Source: Epithemia pelagica
Lineage: Eukaryota > Protista > Bacillariophyta
Length of the DNA stretch: 64,000 nt
NCBI GenBank assembly: GCA_946965045.2
Contig: OX337229.1
Coordinates: forward strand, 1,488,001 to 1,552,000
Reading direction: 5' to 3'
The notes under the pieces were generated by a model. The model was not told the DNA's origin and ran no database searches. It saw nothing but the letters and a program-made list of their open reading frames with translations. The position numbers were made by a program, and so were the translations under genes. This document shows positions 11,075 through 23,953 of this stretch, piece by piece (position 1 is the stretch's first letter; each line of letters opens with the position of its first letter).

Positions 11075-12280
11075 CAACCATGGCACCTACGCCAGATCTA
11101 AAGCTTGGGTAAGCTACTGTAGGAGCTAAACTAAGTGTCCATTGGGTAGGACGTGCAGAGAGCATATATTGAATGAGCCGCGTTGCGTCGTCGTTTGGTC
11201 AAAATCTCATGTGGTATGTGCCACGACGAGAAACTGCCCATCGACGATCGCATCGCGCTCGACAACCATGGCACCTACGCCAGATCTAAAGCTTGGGTAA
11301 GCTACTGTAGGAGCTAAACTAAGTGTCCATTGGGCAGGACGTGCAGAGAGCTTATATTGAACGAGCCACGTTGCGTCGTCTTTTGGTCGAAATCTCATGT
11401 GGTCTATGCCACGATGAGAAATTGTCCAACAACGATCGCATCGCGCTCGACCACCATGACCCCTACACCAGATCTGAGACTTCGGTAAGCTACTGTAGGA
11501 GCTAAACCAAGTGTCCACTAAGTAGGATGAGCCGAGAGCTCATATTGAACAAGCCGCGTTGCGTCGTCTTTTGGTCAAAATCTCATGTGGTCTGTGCCAC
11601 GACGAGAAATTGTCCAACAACGATCGCATCGCGCTCGACCACCATGACCCCTACGCCGGATCTGAGACTTTGGTAAGCTACTTTAGGGTCTACACTAAAT
11701 GGCCATGAAGTACGACAAGCCGAGAGCTCATTTTGAACGAGCAGCGTTGCGTCGTCTTTTGGTCCAAAAACCTTGTGGTGCGTGGCACGACGAGAAATTG
11801 TCCAACAACGATCGCTTCGAGCTTGACAACCATGGCCCCTACGCCGGCTCTGAAACTTGTAGAACCTAATGTAGTCTCAATAGTAACGGGCAAAAAAGTA
11901 GGACGTCCGGAGGGACCATTGTTGAATATTGGCATGGCATCGTCCATTGGTCCAAAATCCTTGTGCTCCGTGGCACGACGAATAATCGTCCATGGATGAT
12001 CGCCTCGATCATGAGGACCATGGCCCCTACGCCGGATCTGAGACTTGTATAACCTAACTTAGTCTCTATAGTAACGGGCAAAAACGTAGGACGTCCAGAG
12101 GAACCATTGTCGAATATTGGCATGGCATCGTCCATTGGTCCAAAATCCTTGTGCTCCGTGGCACGACGAATGATTGTCCATGGATGATCGCCTCGATCAT
12201 GAGGACCATGGCCCCTACGCCGGATCTGAGACTTGTATAACCTAACTTAGTCTCTATAGTAATGGGCAAAAAAGTAGGAC
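11075..12280 (-). repeat. Right arm tandem array, 188-bp register: diverged inner units (type C) grading into type B
   Basis: The catgg/catga.cctac anchor recurs at 11079, 11267, 11455, 11643, 11831, 12019 and 12207; the outer units are the reverse complement of the left B units. Confidence 0.9.
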
Positions 12281-13445
12281 GTCTGGAGCGGCCATATCCA
12301 TGGAGCCGGGTCTCGTCATCCTTTGGTCAAAAACTCCTGTTGTGTGTGATGCGTCGAAAAGAAGCGTCCACCGATGGATGGCCTTTTCTCAATGGCCATA
12401 CCACCGATGATCGATCTGATACCTCAGATCGCTAAAGTAGAGCCTAACATAAAAGACTACTAAGTAGGACGTCTGGAGCGGCCATATCCATGGAGCCGGG
12501 TCTCGTCATCCTTTGGTCAAAAACTCGTGTTGTGTGTGATGCATCGAAAAGAAGCGTCCATCGATGGATGGCCTTTTCTCAATGGCCATATCACCGATGA
12601 TCGATCTGATACCTCAGATCGCTAAAGTAGAGCCTAACATAAAAGACTACTAAGTAGGACGTCTGGAGCGGCCATATCCATGGAGCCGGGTCTCGTCATC
12701 CTTTGGTCAAAAACTCCTGTTGTGTGTGATGCGTCGAAAAGAAGCGTCCACCGATGGATGGCCTTTTCTCAATGGCCATACCACCGATGATCGATCTGAT
12801 ACCTCAGATCGCTAAAGTAGAGTCTAACATAAAAGACTGCTAAGTAGGACGTCTGGAGCGGCCATATCCATGGAGCCGGGTCTCGTCATCCTTTGGTCAA
12901 AAACTCGTGTTGTGTGTGATGCATCGAAAAGAAGCGTCCATCGATGGATGGCCTTTTCTCAATGGCCATATCACCGATGATCAATCTGATACCTCAGATC
13001 GCTAAAGTAGAGTCTAACATAAAAGACTACTAAGTAGGACGTCTGGAGCGGCCATATCCATGGAGCCGGGTCTCGTCATCCTTTGGTCAAAAACTCCTGT
13101 TGTGTGTGATGCGTCGAAAAGAAGCGTCCACCGATGGATGGCCTTTTCTCAATGGCCATACCACCGATGATCGATCTGATACCTCAGATCGCTAAAGTAG
13201 AGCCTAACATAAAAGACTGCTAAGTAGGACGTCTGGAGCGGCCATATCCATGGAGCCGGGTCTCGTCATCCTTTGGTCGAAAACTCCTGTTGTGTGTGAT
13301 GCGTCGAAAAGAAGCATCCATCGATGGATGGCCTTTTCTCAATGGCCATACCACTGATGATCAATCTGATACCTCAGATCGGTAAAGTAGAGCCTAACAT
13401 AAAAGACTACCAAGTAGGACGTCTGGAGCGGCCGTATTCATGGAG
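12281..13445 (-). repeat. Right arm tandem array, type A, 190-bp unit, ~6 copies
   Basis: catggag recurs at 12299, 12489, 12679, 12869, 13059, 13249 and 13439; reverse complement of the left A units. Confidence 0.95.
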
Positions 13446-14152
13446 CTGACTTCGACGAATGAGTAGGCTAATCTCATGTGGTCCGTGCCACGTCGAAAAA
13501 TCGACGCAATGGTGTGGAAGCTCGTTTGCATCCTATGCCTGGGGATAGCCTATATGGGTCAATTGCGTTTTTATTTACACTAAGGTCGATAACATATTTT
13601 AATTTCATGGCAATTGGTCAAGTATTGGTGGAGTAATCGCATGGTGAATGTACCGGCCAATGGGCAATCTAGCGGCCAAATCGCAAAAAAAAAAATGACC
13701 CTACAATGATGAGAGAGAACTCGATGACGATGGCAGATATGGAAAAAGTGCCCGGTGGGGACCTAAAGCATTGTATGAAGATGATTTCTATCATCCCATT
13801 TCTATGGAGGTGCTATATTGAGCTAGTAATCGTTAAAGACCACCATGGTCATTTGGCCGCTAAAATGCAGGGTCTGGCCGTATCACCCGTGAAGGCACTA
13901 GGTAGGTACCCTAGCTACCTAGGTAGAGGCTACAGGGCTCACTCTGTCCGTCCTCCGTCAGAGTCGCGCGCCTTCTCGGCGTGGCCGGCGATATCTAAAA
14001 GTGTCATCGTCTCTCTTCCGCCGCACGTCGTACAGCTGGTGCGCGTCGCTATCTTCAGCCTCGTGCGCGCCGCCAGAATCGCCTGAGTCTTCGGGCGCGA
14101 GGTGGCATTGTTGATACCATAAACCATAACACTGCAACACAACAAGTTGATA

Positions 14153-15139
14153 ATGACGGACCGCAAGAGAGGCGACTCGATAAGTTCCTCTTCTTCAGGT
14201 CGAAGCCCCAAAGCCAAAGGTGGAGGAGAGCGGCTGATCGATAGTAGTCGCGATTGCAGCGTCATTCGAAGTACGTTTGTGAGCGGTACACTCGATATCT
14301 CGAGTAACTTGGTGAAGGAAGTGTCCACCAAGGCTTGTGAGTTTTACATGACGTTTCGAAACCCGGGCACAGGCAACAAGTACTACCATGGTCAGGGCGG
14401 CTTTCTTCGTGGTGAGACTTCGTTGATGGCAGCGACGGGTCGTCGTCCCGGAGACGATTGCCAGGAGCCGGAACCAAAGCGCCACCGATCGGTCGCTTTT
14501 GTAGAGGACGAAAACTACAAAGCCACGCCTGTGACAGCAAAGCACAATTTACGAAATTCTGGTCAAGAAACGTACATGCGCACAACAGCCAAATGCTACG
14601 ACCATGTGGAAGAAGACATTGTACTACCTGACGGAGGATGCAAAATGGAGGAGAGAATCGAGATTCGTCCCGCCACTACCAGTCCTGCAAAACGCGCATT
14701 CATGTGGCGGAAAGACGACATATCTTTTGGCGACGCAATTAGCGACCCAACGAGCTCGTTGACAAAGTCCTCTCGACTCTTTGAAACAACACCCGACACA
14801 TTCACGCTTAGCGTAGGTGACAAAATCGGGCTGCTGGTATACCGCACGTTTGACATTACCCACGAAGATGCCAAGGCTCCGCTACACACGGACTTAGTGC
14901 AAGTGTATGGGCAAAAGTTCCAGGTTTGCATTTACACTGGTCAAGTTACAGAAGTGTCGGCAAATGGCAGAACGTTTTGTCACGACGCCAATACCTTCCG
15001 GGGTTGTTCGGGGGCCATTATTTTTCTGTTGGATCAGAACCAGCCTGCCGATGCGACTAACTATCCCGGAAAGGCGGTCGGGATCAATGCGGGTGGGTTG
15101 GATGTGAACAGCAACCTTGGGTTTTTGATCAACTGTTAA
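14153..15139 (+). CDS. Trypsin-like serine peptidase domain protein (~328 aa)
   Basis: C-terminal FCHDANTFRGCSGAIIFL (GxSG nucleophile motif) and KAVGINAGG. Confidence 0.6.
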   Translation: MTDRKRGDSISSSSSGRSPKAKGGGERLIDSSRDCSVIRSTFVSGTLDISSNLVKEVSTKACEFYMTFRNPGTGNKYYHGQGGFLRGETSLMAATGRRPGDDCQEPEPKRHRSVAFVEDENYKATPVTAKHNLRNSGQETYMRTTAKCYDHVEEDIVLPDGGCKMEERIEIRPATTSPAKRAFMWRKDDISFGDAISDPTSSLTKSSRLFETTPDTFTLSVGDKIGLLVYRTFDITHEDAKAPLHTDLVQVYGQKFQVCIYTGQVTEVSANGRTFCHDANTFRGCSGAIIFLLDQNQPADATNYPGKAVGINAGGLDVNSNLGFLINC

Positions 15140-16024
15140 CGCAAATCCTAGAAAGGACAGTTTGCCTGAGAACAATATGTAAGCTCAACAGCATTCATAC
15201 TATGCCCCGCTCTCAAAACAATGACTCATCGGTCGTGGTCGTCTTCTTGCCAGAACCAAAACTTTGCTGCTGGAGGCTGACATTATCTTTGTTGCTCGTG
15301 TTCATGGACGGACCATGATTGGTCGTGTTGGAAGATGCAGTGATCGCAGCATGATCGTTCTTGCTGCAGAACGAGTGCGTAGTTGGCTGTTGTTTCGTGG
15401 CTCATCGCTGTTGGAGCGAGATCACCGCTGCAAAAGCAGCTATTGTTCTTACTATTGATCTCTAAATATCAAATGATTCAAAGACAACGTACGTAAACAT
15501 AGACGACTACGTTCGTATGCATTACGAATTGTTGAAGTCCGTAGCAACTCGAGTACCTCAGCCGTGCTGAGAGTTTGAGTTTGGAACTTTAAAACTTCAA
15601 ACGCTGGAACCAGTGCTTCCTTTCCATCAATCTTACTCCCGCCGCGCCAAACCCAACGAAGCAGATACTCCTACATACGTACATCACTTCATCAGCTCTT
15701 GGTACCCTGGTACTGGTAGAGGTAGCTCACTCTGTCCGTGGTCGCGCGCCTTCTCGGCTTGGCCGGCGATATCTAAGTGTCATCTCTTCCCGGCGCAAGA
15801 AGTGTGGGGGCGGCGCAGGTCGATCATGGATGCAAGCCCTACCCCCAGCGGGGGTGAGTCTTTAGGCTGCTAGAGAGTCATTTTCTACGAGTACATTCCC
15901 TTACTCACCCCCAAGGCCAAGGCGCGATCCTCAAAATTGGCGATTTCCCGTTTTTGACCAAAACTCACATCCACCTCAACGCAACCACTACGAGCTCCAT
16001 TTAGTAACGACGTAATCTTCTCCC

Positions 16025-18196
16025 ATGGACCCTGTCAATCCTCCCCGACATGCACAAGTGGTCTCTACTACCTCAAGGTACCCCCACGGCGTTGAAATAG
16101 AGCGCCCAGTCCTGCAGACGGCTTCGATCGCTCCATACCAATACAACCAACAACAACCGAACAACAACCAAATGGATGACCATCCTTCCGAAGCCCCAAA
16201 TGCCTCTTTGCCGACCATCGAAGAGGTACACTCCGTACCTGACCCTTTGATTGAACATTCCGAAGACTCCCCTGATCTTGCATGGTCCATCGAGGCATCA
16301 TTCAAAGACTGGCATGGGAAGACCGTTCGACCGTGGCAGATGCTGGCATGCCAACAAGTCCTCCGTCGTCACGTCGAACACGTTCCCTCTCAACGTTTGC
16401 GTCCATTGCTCCTTGTTCGGTCCACCGGTGGGGGAAAGTCCGCCGTACGCGATGTATGTGGCTTCATCTGCGGCGGCATCACGCTTACAATCGTGCCTCT
16501 GTTGAGTCTATCAGCAGATCAAACCTCGAAGTTAACAAACCTGTCTTCCAATCAAGGCCTGGGCAAGCGTCTTCGTGTCTTTAACTTGGATGTCATACGG
16601 TCCACCAACAACAACGACTTTCTTCGCCAACGGTTGGAGAGTTTGTCTCCAGAATCCAAAACAACAATCGCTCTGTTTTCTTCCCCCCAAAAGTTGACGC
16701 GAGACCCTCAGTGGTGCCAAACCATTACCAAATGTTTCCAAAACGGAACCTTACGATTCATTGCTGTTGACGAGTGCCATCTTTATGCATGTCACGGCAT
16801 GGAGTTTTGTCAGGAATTCAGTGACCTCAAGCAGGTTCTTTTTCAGTGTGCCAAGCGTTGGGCCACTGCACCAATTCCCATTCTCTTCATGACAGCTACC
16901 GCCTCACTGACAATGGTGTCTGACCTTGAAGCGTGAACAGGGTTGTCTTTCTGTCCTACAAACGATCTTATTTGGCCCCATTGCCACTCAGGGGTAGAGC
17001 GTCACAACATTTCGCTTAACATTTGCTTTCAAGATACCCCCCTTCGTCGCATAAAGAGGGACCTCGTAAAAATATCTCGTGCATCCGGTGGAAGGAAGAT
17101 AATGATATATTCCAATTCACGGAAAGCCATTATCGGCCTTCATCAAAAATGTCGACACCATCTGAATGTACTGGGAATCCAAAAAGATCTCGTGTTGGTA
17201 CATGGAAACATGTACAGGGAACAAAAGTTCCACAACACAAATCTTTTCGTGGGAAAGCACCTTGTGGAAACCTGTCCGACCACCCGACGCCTTCTCCGCT
17301 TTGACCCGGTAGCATACTTCGCTACTGCTGGAACCACGAGCTCTGGTATTGATTGCCATGAAGTGGACGCAGTGATTTTCCATGGCTTCCCTCAGAGCCT
17401 GGAGGATCTGATTCAGTGCTCTGGACGATGCGGACGCAGCGTGACCGCAACCTTTAACACCTCCTCCTTCACCATGATCATATCACTAAACAGCCTTGTC
17501 GCGCTCATGACGAGGGTGTTTCTTATACCGTAATACGAAGTTGCCAAAAGAAAACAGGCGTCCGACAAACCTGCGGCATCCCAACAGTCAAGCAATCCTA
17601 CCTCTACAATGAAATCTACTACCATGTTGTCCATTGATGCGTTAGCAAAACGCCAATGGAACGCTATTCGAAAGGTTATAGCGCTTATTTGCTTGGACGA
17701 CGGGCATTGCGTGCATTTTGCGTTGGAACAAATGATGTTGAATCCACATCGACAGACACAATGTGACATTCCTACGTCTTGTGGGGGCGCCTGTTGGAGG
17801 TGTGCCAAACCACGGATTACTACGCCTCTTGATGCCGCAATCAACATAGAAACCTTCAAGGCATATCTCGTGAGATTGTTCATCACTGATAAGGTATCCT
17901 CTTCAAGGCTCTCCCTACACAAAGACTGCTTTCTTGACGAGCTCCTCTCCATATAGACTCCAGGTCCTGGTGGTAAGCCAATCAAAGCTTTCCCGAAATC
18001 CGTTTTGGGTTTGACAACTAACCGGTATGTTAGGCAAAGAACCAAAGCACTTATAATCAAGTGCTTCTGTGCCCAAATTCTGGAACCCGACGGTCTACAT
18101 CTACTTGTAAAGCTTGGCTATATGGATAATGGGAACCCACGCCTTAATGATCCGGATTCATGGACAGGTTTCAAGAGCTTACCTACAAAGGAATAA
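16025..18196 (+). pseudogene. RecQ-like superfamily 2 helicase, one reading frame broken by three in-frame stops
   Basis: Motifs STGGGKS, IVPLLSL, AVDECH, MTATA, IYSNS, SGIDC, QCSGRCGR and a Cys cluster CGGACWRC. ORFs 16025, 16943, 17609 and 18005 share one frame, separated by TGA 16934, TAA 17531 and TAG 17954. Confidence 0.9.
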
Positions 18197-18249
18197 CCAC
18201 ACGCCACTCTACTGTCCAGTATCATTTTAACATGTAGTACCGTTAGTAA

Positions 18250-20449
18250 TTAAGTTCTCCAATTTCTTTTGTAATTTTCAAAGTACTTGCCCGCCCGGTC
18301 TAGAGGGTCTTCATCCATTATGTCGTCATCTTCCATACCTGTACTTTCCTCGTCCCACCCAAGTCGGGCAGAATTCTCTTCCATCTCGACGAGTCGATTA
18401 TAAAGTTTAAACCGCAAGAAATGGTTTTCCCGCTCCTTACGTTCGGCATCTCGTTGCCTTGCGTCCAATATATGCTTCTCTCCCATTTTCTGTAAGGCTA
18501 CGGATACTATGTCCTTGCAAGCCAGGTCATTCATCTCCCACACCTTCATTCCTTTCACATTCTTCTTGACGTTGAGGGTCTGTTTAACTTCCGCTGGTTC
18601 CTTCTGGCTGTCATTGGAAGGAGACTCTGTTGCCTCCGTATCACTGCTCTCTTCAGCGTCGTCCTCAATGCCTTGGTCATCGTCCACAACTTCATCAGCA
18701 TCTTCCATTATCAATTCCTCTTTTTGTGTTTCAGGAATCTCCTCCTCGTCGTCTTTTTGGGTGCCGTTCCGAATCACGTCGACATCTTCATTCTCTTCCT
18801 CTTGGCGCGACATCTCCATGGACTCATCAAATGCCGAGTCTCCAACAGGCACTGTATCCAGGGCTTCCTCCTGATTCATGGCGAACCTTGAAGCTTCGTT
18901 CTCGACGTCTACAACAGCCACCTCGTCGTCGCTGAAGTACGACATACCATGTGCTTCAGACCCACATTCGTCGTTGTATTCTTTCATCTCAGCTTCCAAA
19001 TCAATGACCGTGCTTTCCTCGCCATCCTTGGTATTGTCATCGTTGGATTCTGCGTCGCCATCATCGTCACTGTCATCCTCTGAGTTGGACTCGCTCCTTT
19101 CGTCCTTCTCTTCCGTGTCGTCCTTTTTCTTCCGGGACGGACGCTTCCTCAAACCCTCCATCATCTTGTTAACCTGGATCATGACGTATTCGTCTGTCGC
19201 ATCCGTTTCCACCTTGCCATTATCAATCCTGGTTTTTTTCTTGTGTACTTCCAGGGTCGTCGACTCGATAGACTGCCAAAACCAATTCTTGTCAACAGGC
19301 GTCTCTTTGTCTAGTGCAATATCGTGGCATCCGGCCAGGGTGAGAATCTCCATTACAAGGACGCGGTTCATTAGATTTGACGGCTTGGTGGTAGCCTTGT
19401 GTTGTTGGCCAGGATCAACAAGCACCTTCGTGTCCTTATTTTGCGTTGTATCATTCATCATTTCTTTTTCCCGTTCTGCCAGCTCATATTCCGCGTCAGA
19501 TCGAGTCCGTGTATAGAATTCGAGAAAGTGCTTAGAGCGCTGACAAGCTGTCAACATCTTAGACACTTCAACGAACGCCATCTCAGTAGCATTGTGACTC
19601 ATGCCCTTGAAAAAGGGCATGAGTCGCTCCATTATTTGGTCCAAGGCACTTTCCTTGTTTAGAACAGGACTCGGCATTTGCTTTTGACACTTTGTTCGGT
19701 TGAGGCGGATCTGCTGCAAGACGGTAATAGGAAGACGATAATAATACAACTCTATCAAGCGTAGCTGTGTATTGAAGGACACACGTTTCTTGGTAATGTA
19801 CCAATACGGAAGGTACTCCACGATGATAGATTCCATTATGATTGCGTCGCCTTGTTGTTCGGCCTCAAGGAAGGTAAGATACTTGCGCATGAGCACAAGG
19901 TAGTTGCACAAGAATCGCATTAACCAGTGTTTTGATTCTCTCACTTGTTGGTTCAGGTAGTTCACATATTCCTTTGAAATAAAGATGGCCAATTCGTTGC
20001 CATCACCAAAATGGAGGATTTCATCTACTTTGCTCAACGTTAAGACCTTGGCGACGTAGAAATCAAGCATCAACCTGTCGAGTTCCTCAAAAACAAGGAC
20101 GGCCAAGCGAAGGGCCAGACGGTATGTATGAGACACGTCATTGGCATCCAAACGTTTCCACTTGAGTCTCCATTGAAAGCATTGAAGAAATCCACCGTAG
20201 AATAATCTATAAATGACGTCTAGCATGTGAAAGCGCACATGCAAGTCGCCATTGATAGGGACTATCCGGTGCATTACTTGGGTGATGTTGAGCGCTTGAC
20301 GATAGACCTGTCGAAACGACAATGTCTTGGCATCCAGAATACCAAGAATGTCGTCCATGAATTGGAATATCCTGTCCAACGACAATCCATCGCCAACAAT
20401 AAAGAGCCATTTCTGATCCCATCCATCACGCGGTTCGTACATTGTAGTA
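18250..20449 (-). CDS. Academ-type transposase, C-terminal part (split by LTR insertion)
   Basis: Motifs IVGDGLSLDRI, GDLHVRFHML and LDQIMERL, plus an acidic tail. It joins the 5' part in frame (KWNHA-TTMYEPR) once the insertion and one TSD copy are removed. Confidence 0.8.
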
Positions 20450-20454
20450 GCATG

Positions 20455-21238
20455 TGTTACAATTCTTTCTGAATCGTAGGGACATCAATGCTCGTTAGAG
20501 CAGACAATCAGGTAGTCACCAACCGATACAAACCTCTCCACGGGTAAGAGAGGAAAGCAAGTCGTAGTCTATCAAAAGGATAGTCGGGACACAAAAGAGG
20601 ATGTGATAAATGGTGATATTGTTAGATTGTGAGCTTTAGGACTATGGTGTGTGTTTTGATGTGCAGGTCTGGCCAGGGTGCATGACTGATATATTCATGG
20701 CGCTGACAGGACTGGTCTGGTTGGAGTAGACATGGATATTGTGTATTGGAAGTATATGCACTTGTATATCATATACTAATGCCAACAGCTCTTGCTTTGT
20801 TGTGATATAGGTAGTTTTCTTGGCGTGTTGCCGTTTGCATTCTTCGATTTGTAGGAATAGAGATATGGTCTCGCGTGATCGTGATTCGTGCTTCGGTTAC
20901 TTAGGCCGTTGGGCTAAGTCGTGGAGATGCGCACTCGGATAGTAGTTGCACGCGCTTGAGAATATTGGGTGCGCACGTGTAGGGCCATAGTTAATTTCCG
21001 AGCGGTTGTTGATAATGCGCGCATTGCGAGCATGCCATGGCCGAAATTAAAGGTACGCGAGCATGTCGTCACTCTGTTCTCACTTTTCATGAAATGCGAA
21101 GGAATATAGGTCGATATAGCGCCAGCTAGGGAACATAGGACAAAGATGGGCGGCATAGATGGTGCTTCGAAGCCTCGGGACTTGGCTAACCGATGAGATG
21201 CCGGATCTAACCAATGGATAACGGTGAGAATCCTACTA
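20455..21238 (-). repeat. 3' LTR of element 1 (784 bp)
   Basis: Direct repeat of 31455-32238 with about 7 substitutions counted by eye; a purine tract GTGGGGAG precedes it on the minus strand. Confidence 0.92.
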
Positions 21239-23953
21239 CTCCCCACAACTCGTTGGTTCAGCCTTGTCATCGTTGGATTTGTTGAGTTCTCGTACTTCTC
21301 CACTCCAGAATAACAATGGCTTGAGTAGGGGTCAGATGGTTGCAAATTCCCAATGCTTGCTAAGGATGTCAGCAGGGTTGGTCTCCCCATCCTTCCAATA
21401 GAATACAACATACTTTGCTGCGATGGCTTCTTGTACTCGGTGATACGACAGAAGCTTCCATTATGTGTTGTATGCTGGAATGTATCAACGATAACGTCTT
21501 CAGATTGCCGATCAAAGAATGGACAGAACTTCTCCCAGTCATATGCTTCCTGGTAATGACGGTGGACAGAGGCATGAAGGGTAATAGGATCATTGCCATT
21601 TGCATCAGCATATACAGAGAAGAATGATGTTTTGTCAGGTCCATGGTCATACGGCAAATCCAAAAGAAGATTGAGATTGCAGACAACACGATCTTTGTAC
21701 TCCCCATAATTGTCATATGGATAGTTCGCCATGCTACCATCAGTGTTGACTTGTTGCTAAGAAGTAGAAGCAGGGTCATGCGATGGGTCAGAATGTGAAT
21801 GATCCAAAACACCAGGATCCCATGTATCAGGTGATGTGAAGATGATCTGAGGTAACGTCTCCATGTCATCATCACTGGGGATACCTAAGGAGTGAATGTA
21901 TGCTAGTCCCTCTTTGATGTGCAGAGACATAGCACGGCCATCAAGTGTTGTGATGCATTGTTTTCCATCAACTTTAACGGATCGTTCATCAACAGCATGT
22001 CCGAAGTGCTCGAATTGTCCAGGAGCATGGATCGATTGTCCTTTTCCGTGGAATGCATATTCATTGAAGATGCCAATAATGGGTCCATCATTGGTTTCAA
22101 ACTTAGCGGCACATGTGACAATAGGAATCTCAGTAAGCTCATGATTGTCGACACCCATAATGGATATATGACAACCAGTCTTAGAAAGGATGCGCATGTC
22201 AGAACCAGCAAGTCCTCCATTAGCACCACGGTCAACCAATTGGTTTCCTGGGAGAGTAGATTTCCTGGAAGACAGATAGTGCAGTATGTGTCCTTCCTGT
22301 TTATGCATATTGGCCTTGAGGCTAACCTTCTTGCTTGTTTTTGACTTGGCGTTGGATAGAACACTGGTCAAGTCAGACGCTGGATGATTGATGTCAGTCG
22401 TCATGGCTTGGTTGATGAATTGTGTAACTGGATCTGACTCATCTTGATGCTCGGAAGTCGCACCCAGTGAAGCGTTTTTAGAAACAGCTTCTTGACTGGG
22501 GTCAGGATCAGGTTCCGGATCAATGTCAAGGGCATGCGTCTGCACTTTCCTTGGCGTTGTTGATGATGGTGCATGAATCATCTTGTTGTACTCAATGATC
22601 AACTTGCGATCTTCTTCAGAAAGTTTGAACCATAGGTCACGTGGCAGACTAACCTTAGATGAAGAGGATGGAGAGTCAGATGTCACGTTAGTGTTGTGAA
22701 CATGATATTCCATATCATCTTGTGGGGTTAAGTCAGCATCTGTATCTTGGCCGTATTGTGAATCATGTTGTTTGACATATCGACGGCGACTATGTGCAGA
22801 TGACTGGGTTGCTTGATCATGGTCATAAGCTGCGTCTAGAAGGAGACGGAAGTATGATTGATAGCAAAGGGATTTTGCACCGGATTTGGTGTTCACCACG
22901 TTGTCCAAGATCTTGACTTGGCCGAGATCAGGTACCTTTTCTACAGCTTGCATGAGGAAAGTCATCCTGGTATGATCAGGGATACGATCAGACAATGTCA
23001 CAAGATTGTCTAGCAAACGTAGCTGCTCTTGAAAGTGTAGAAGAAATTGGCGTGTTGTTCCGCGCCATGTGTCATCAAGACGTAGATTGGAAATGTAGTT
23101 GGTTAAACGTAGGACTTCTCGTTTTGCGAGATCAGATTCGGTATGTAATGAATGTAACTTCTTCAATACGGCACGCGCATCTTCATCATGTTCATGTTCA
23201 CGTACATAGGCTCGACCTTGGTCAGTCTGGATAATACGGACAAGAACGGAGTAAAGAAATACTTGTTGCTCTTGGAATAGTTCTTCAGCATACTCATCAT
23301 CTTTGGGAGGTATGTACTTGAAATTCAGAATGTTGGATAGGCCTTGTGCCTTAGCTGTAGTCTTGAATACACGCCAGAATGAATCGTAGTATCGTTCATC
23401 CTTGAATACCTCATATGCAGTTGCGTCGCGCTTAGTTCCCTTTCTGAACGCCGTTAGGTCTTGTTGAGATTGGGATGCGGCAGTAACTGTGCTGACAGAT
23501 TTTGCAGATGACGGCGACTTCATTGGCGAGACTGGGACTTGGCTAGGTTGTCCATTGGAGAAATTTGTATTGATCCTCCAAATGTTGTAGGTTCATCCAG
23601 TCGCTATTGGATAGCTCATCTTGAATTTCACTGGTCTTGTGTATGGCCCAATAGGCTAAGAGCTTGAGCTGTTGTCTTGTAGGACCTTGCAGATCATGTG
23701 TCTTGTTGTTTACCTTGTATTGGGTTAGTTCGTTCATGGATTCCTCAGTATTGGTTTGCATGTACGAGATAACATGAGTAATGTTCTCAAAACCATGGTA
23801 TTTCATCCACTTCATTAAATAGTCAGCTCTTTCTTTGGTAAAGTATTGACAGACAGTATATATGATGTGGTCGAATAAGTCTGTGTTCGAGACATTGTCT
23901 TGGTTATCTTCTCCCTTAGGAGTCGTAGGTGTCTTGGGTGGTTGAGGATCCAT
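21239..23953 (-). pseudogene. Degenerate gag-protease(-pre-integrase) of element 1
   Basis: Gag-like FKDERYYDSFWR..AKAQGL; protease LVDRGANGGLAG. A frameshift lies near 23580 and an in-frame TAG at 21757; the remainder runs into the LTR. Confidence 0.8.

Larger units (their letters stand above)
1..13832 (-). mobile_element. Giant piggyBac-like DNA transposon with tandem-array TIRs and cargo genes (left end outside window; right end uncertain)
   Basis: Positions 1-323 are the near-perfect reverse complement of 13446-13768 (ctttaggtccccaccgggcac vs gtgcccggtggggacctaaag), and the arrays inside are also inverted. An internal PGBD-type transposase is present. The first TTAA beyond the matched region is 13833-13836, a candidate target site only. 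Confidence 0.8.

Noticed and set aside
324-13445. Tandem arrays as CRISPR arrays
   Set aside because: Units are 188-190 bp and repeated in full with no unique spacers; no cas genes; the context is eukaryotic.
20914-21238. Shared C-terminal domain in ORFs 20914..21732 and 31914..35354
   Set aside because: The identical peptide is simply read-through into the two copies of the same LTR.
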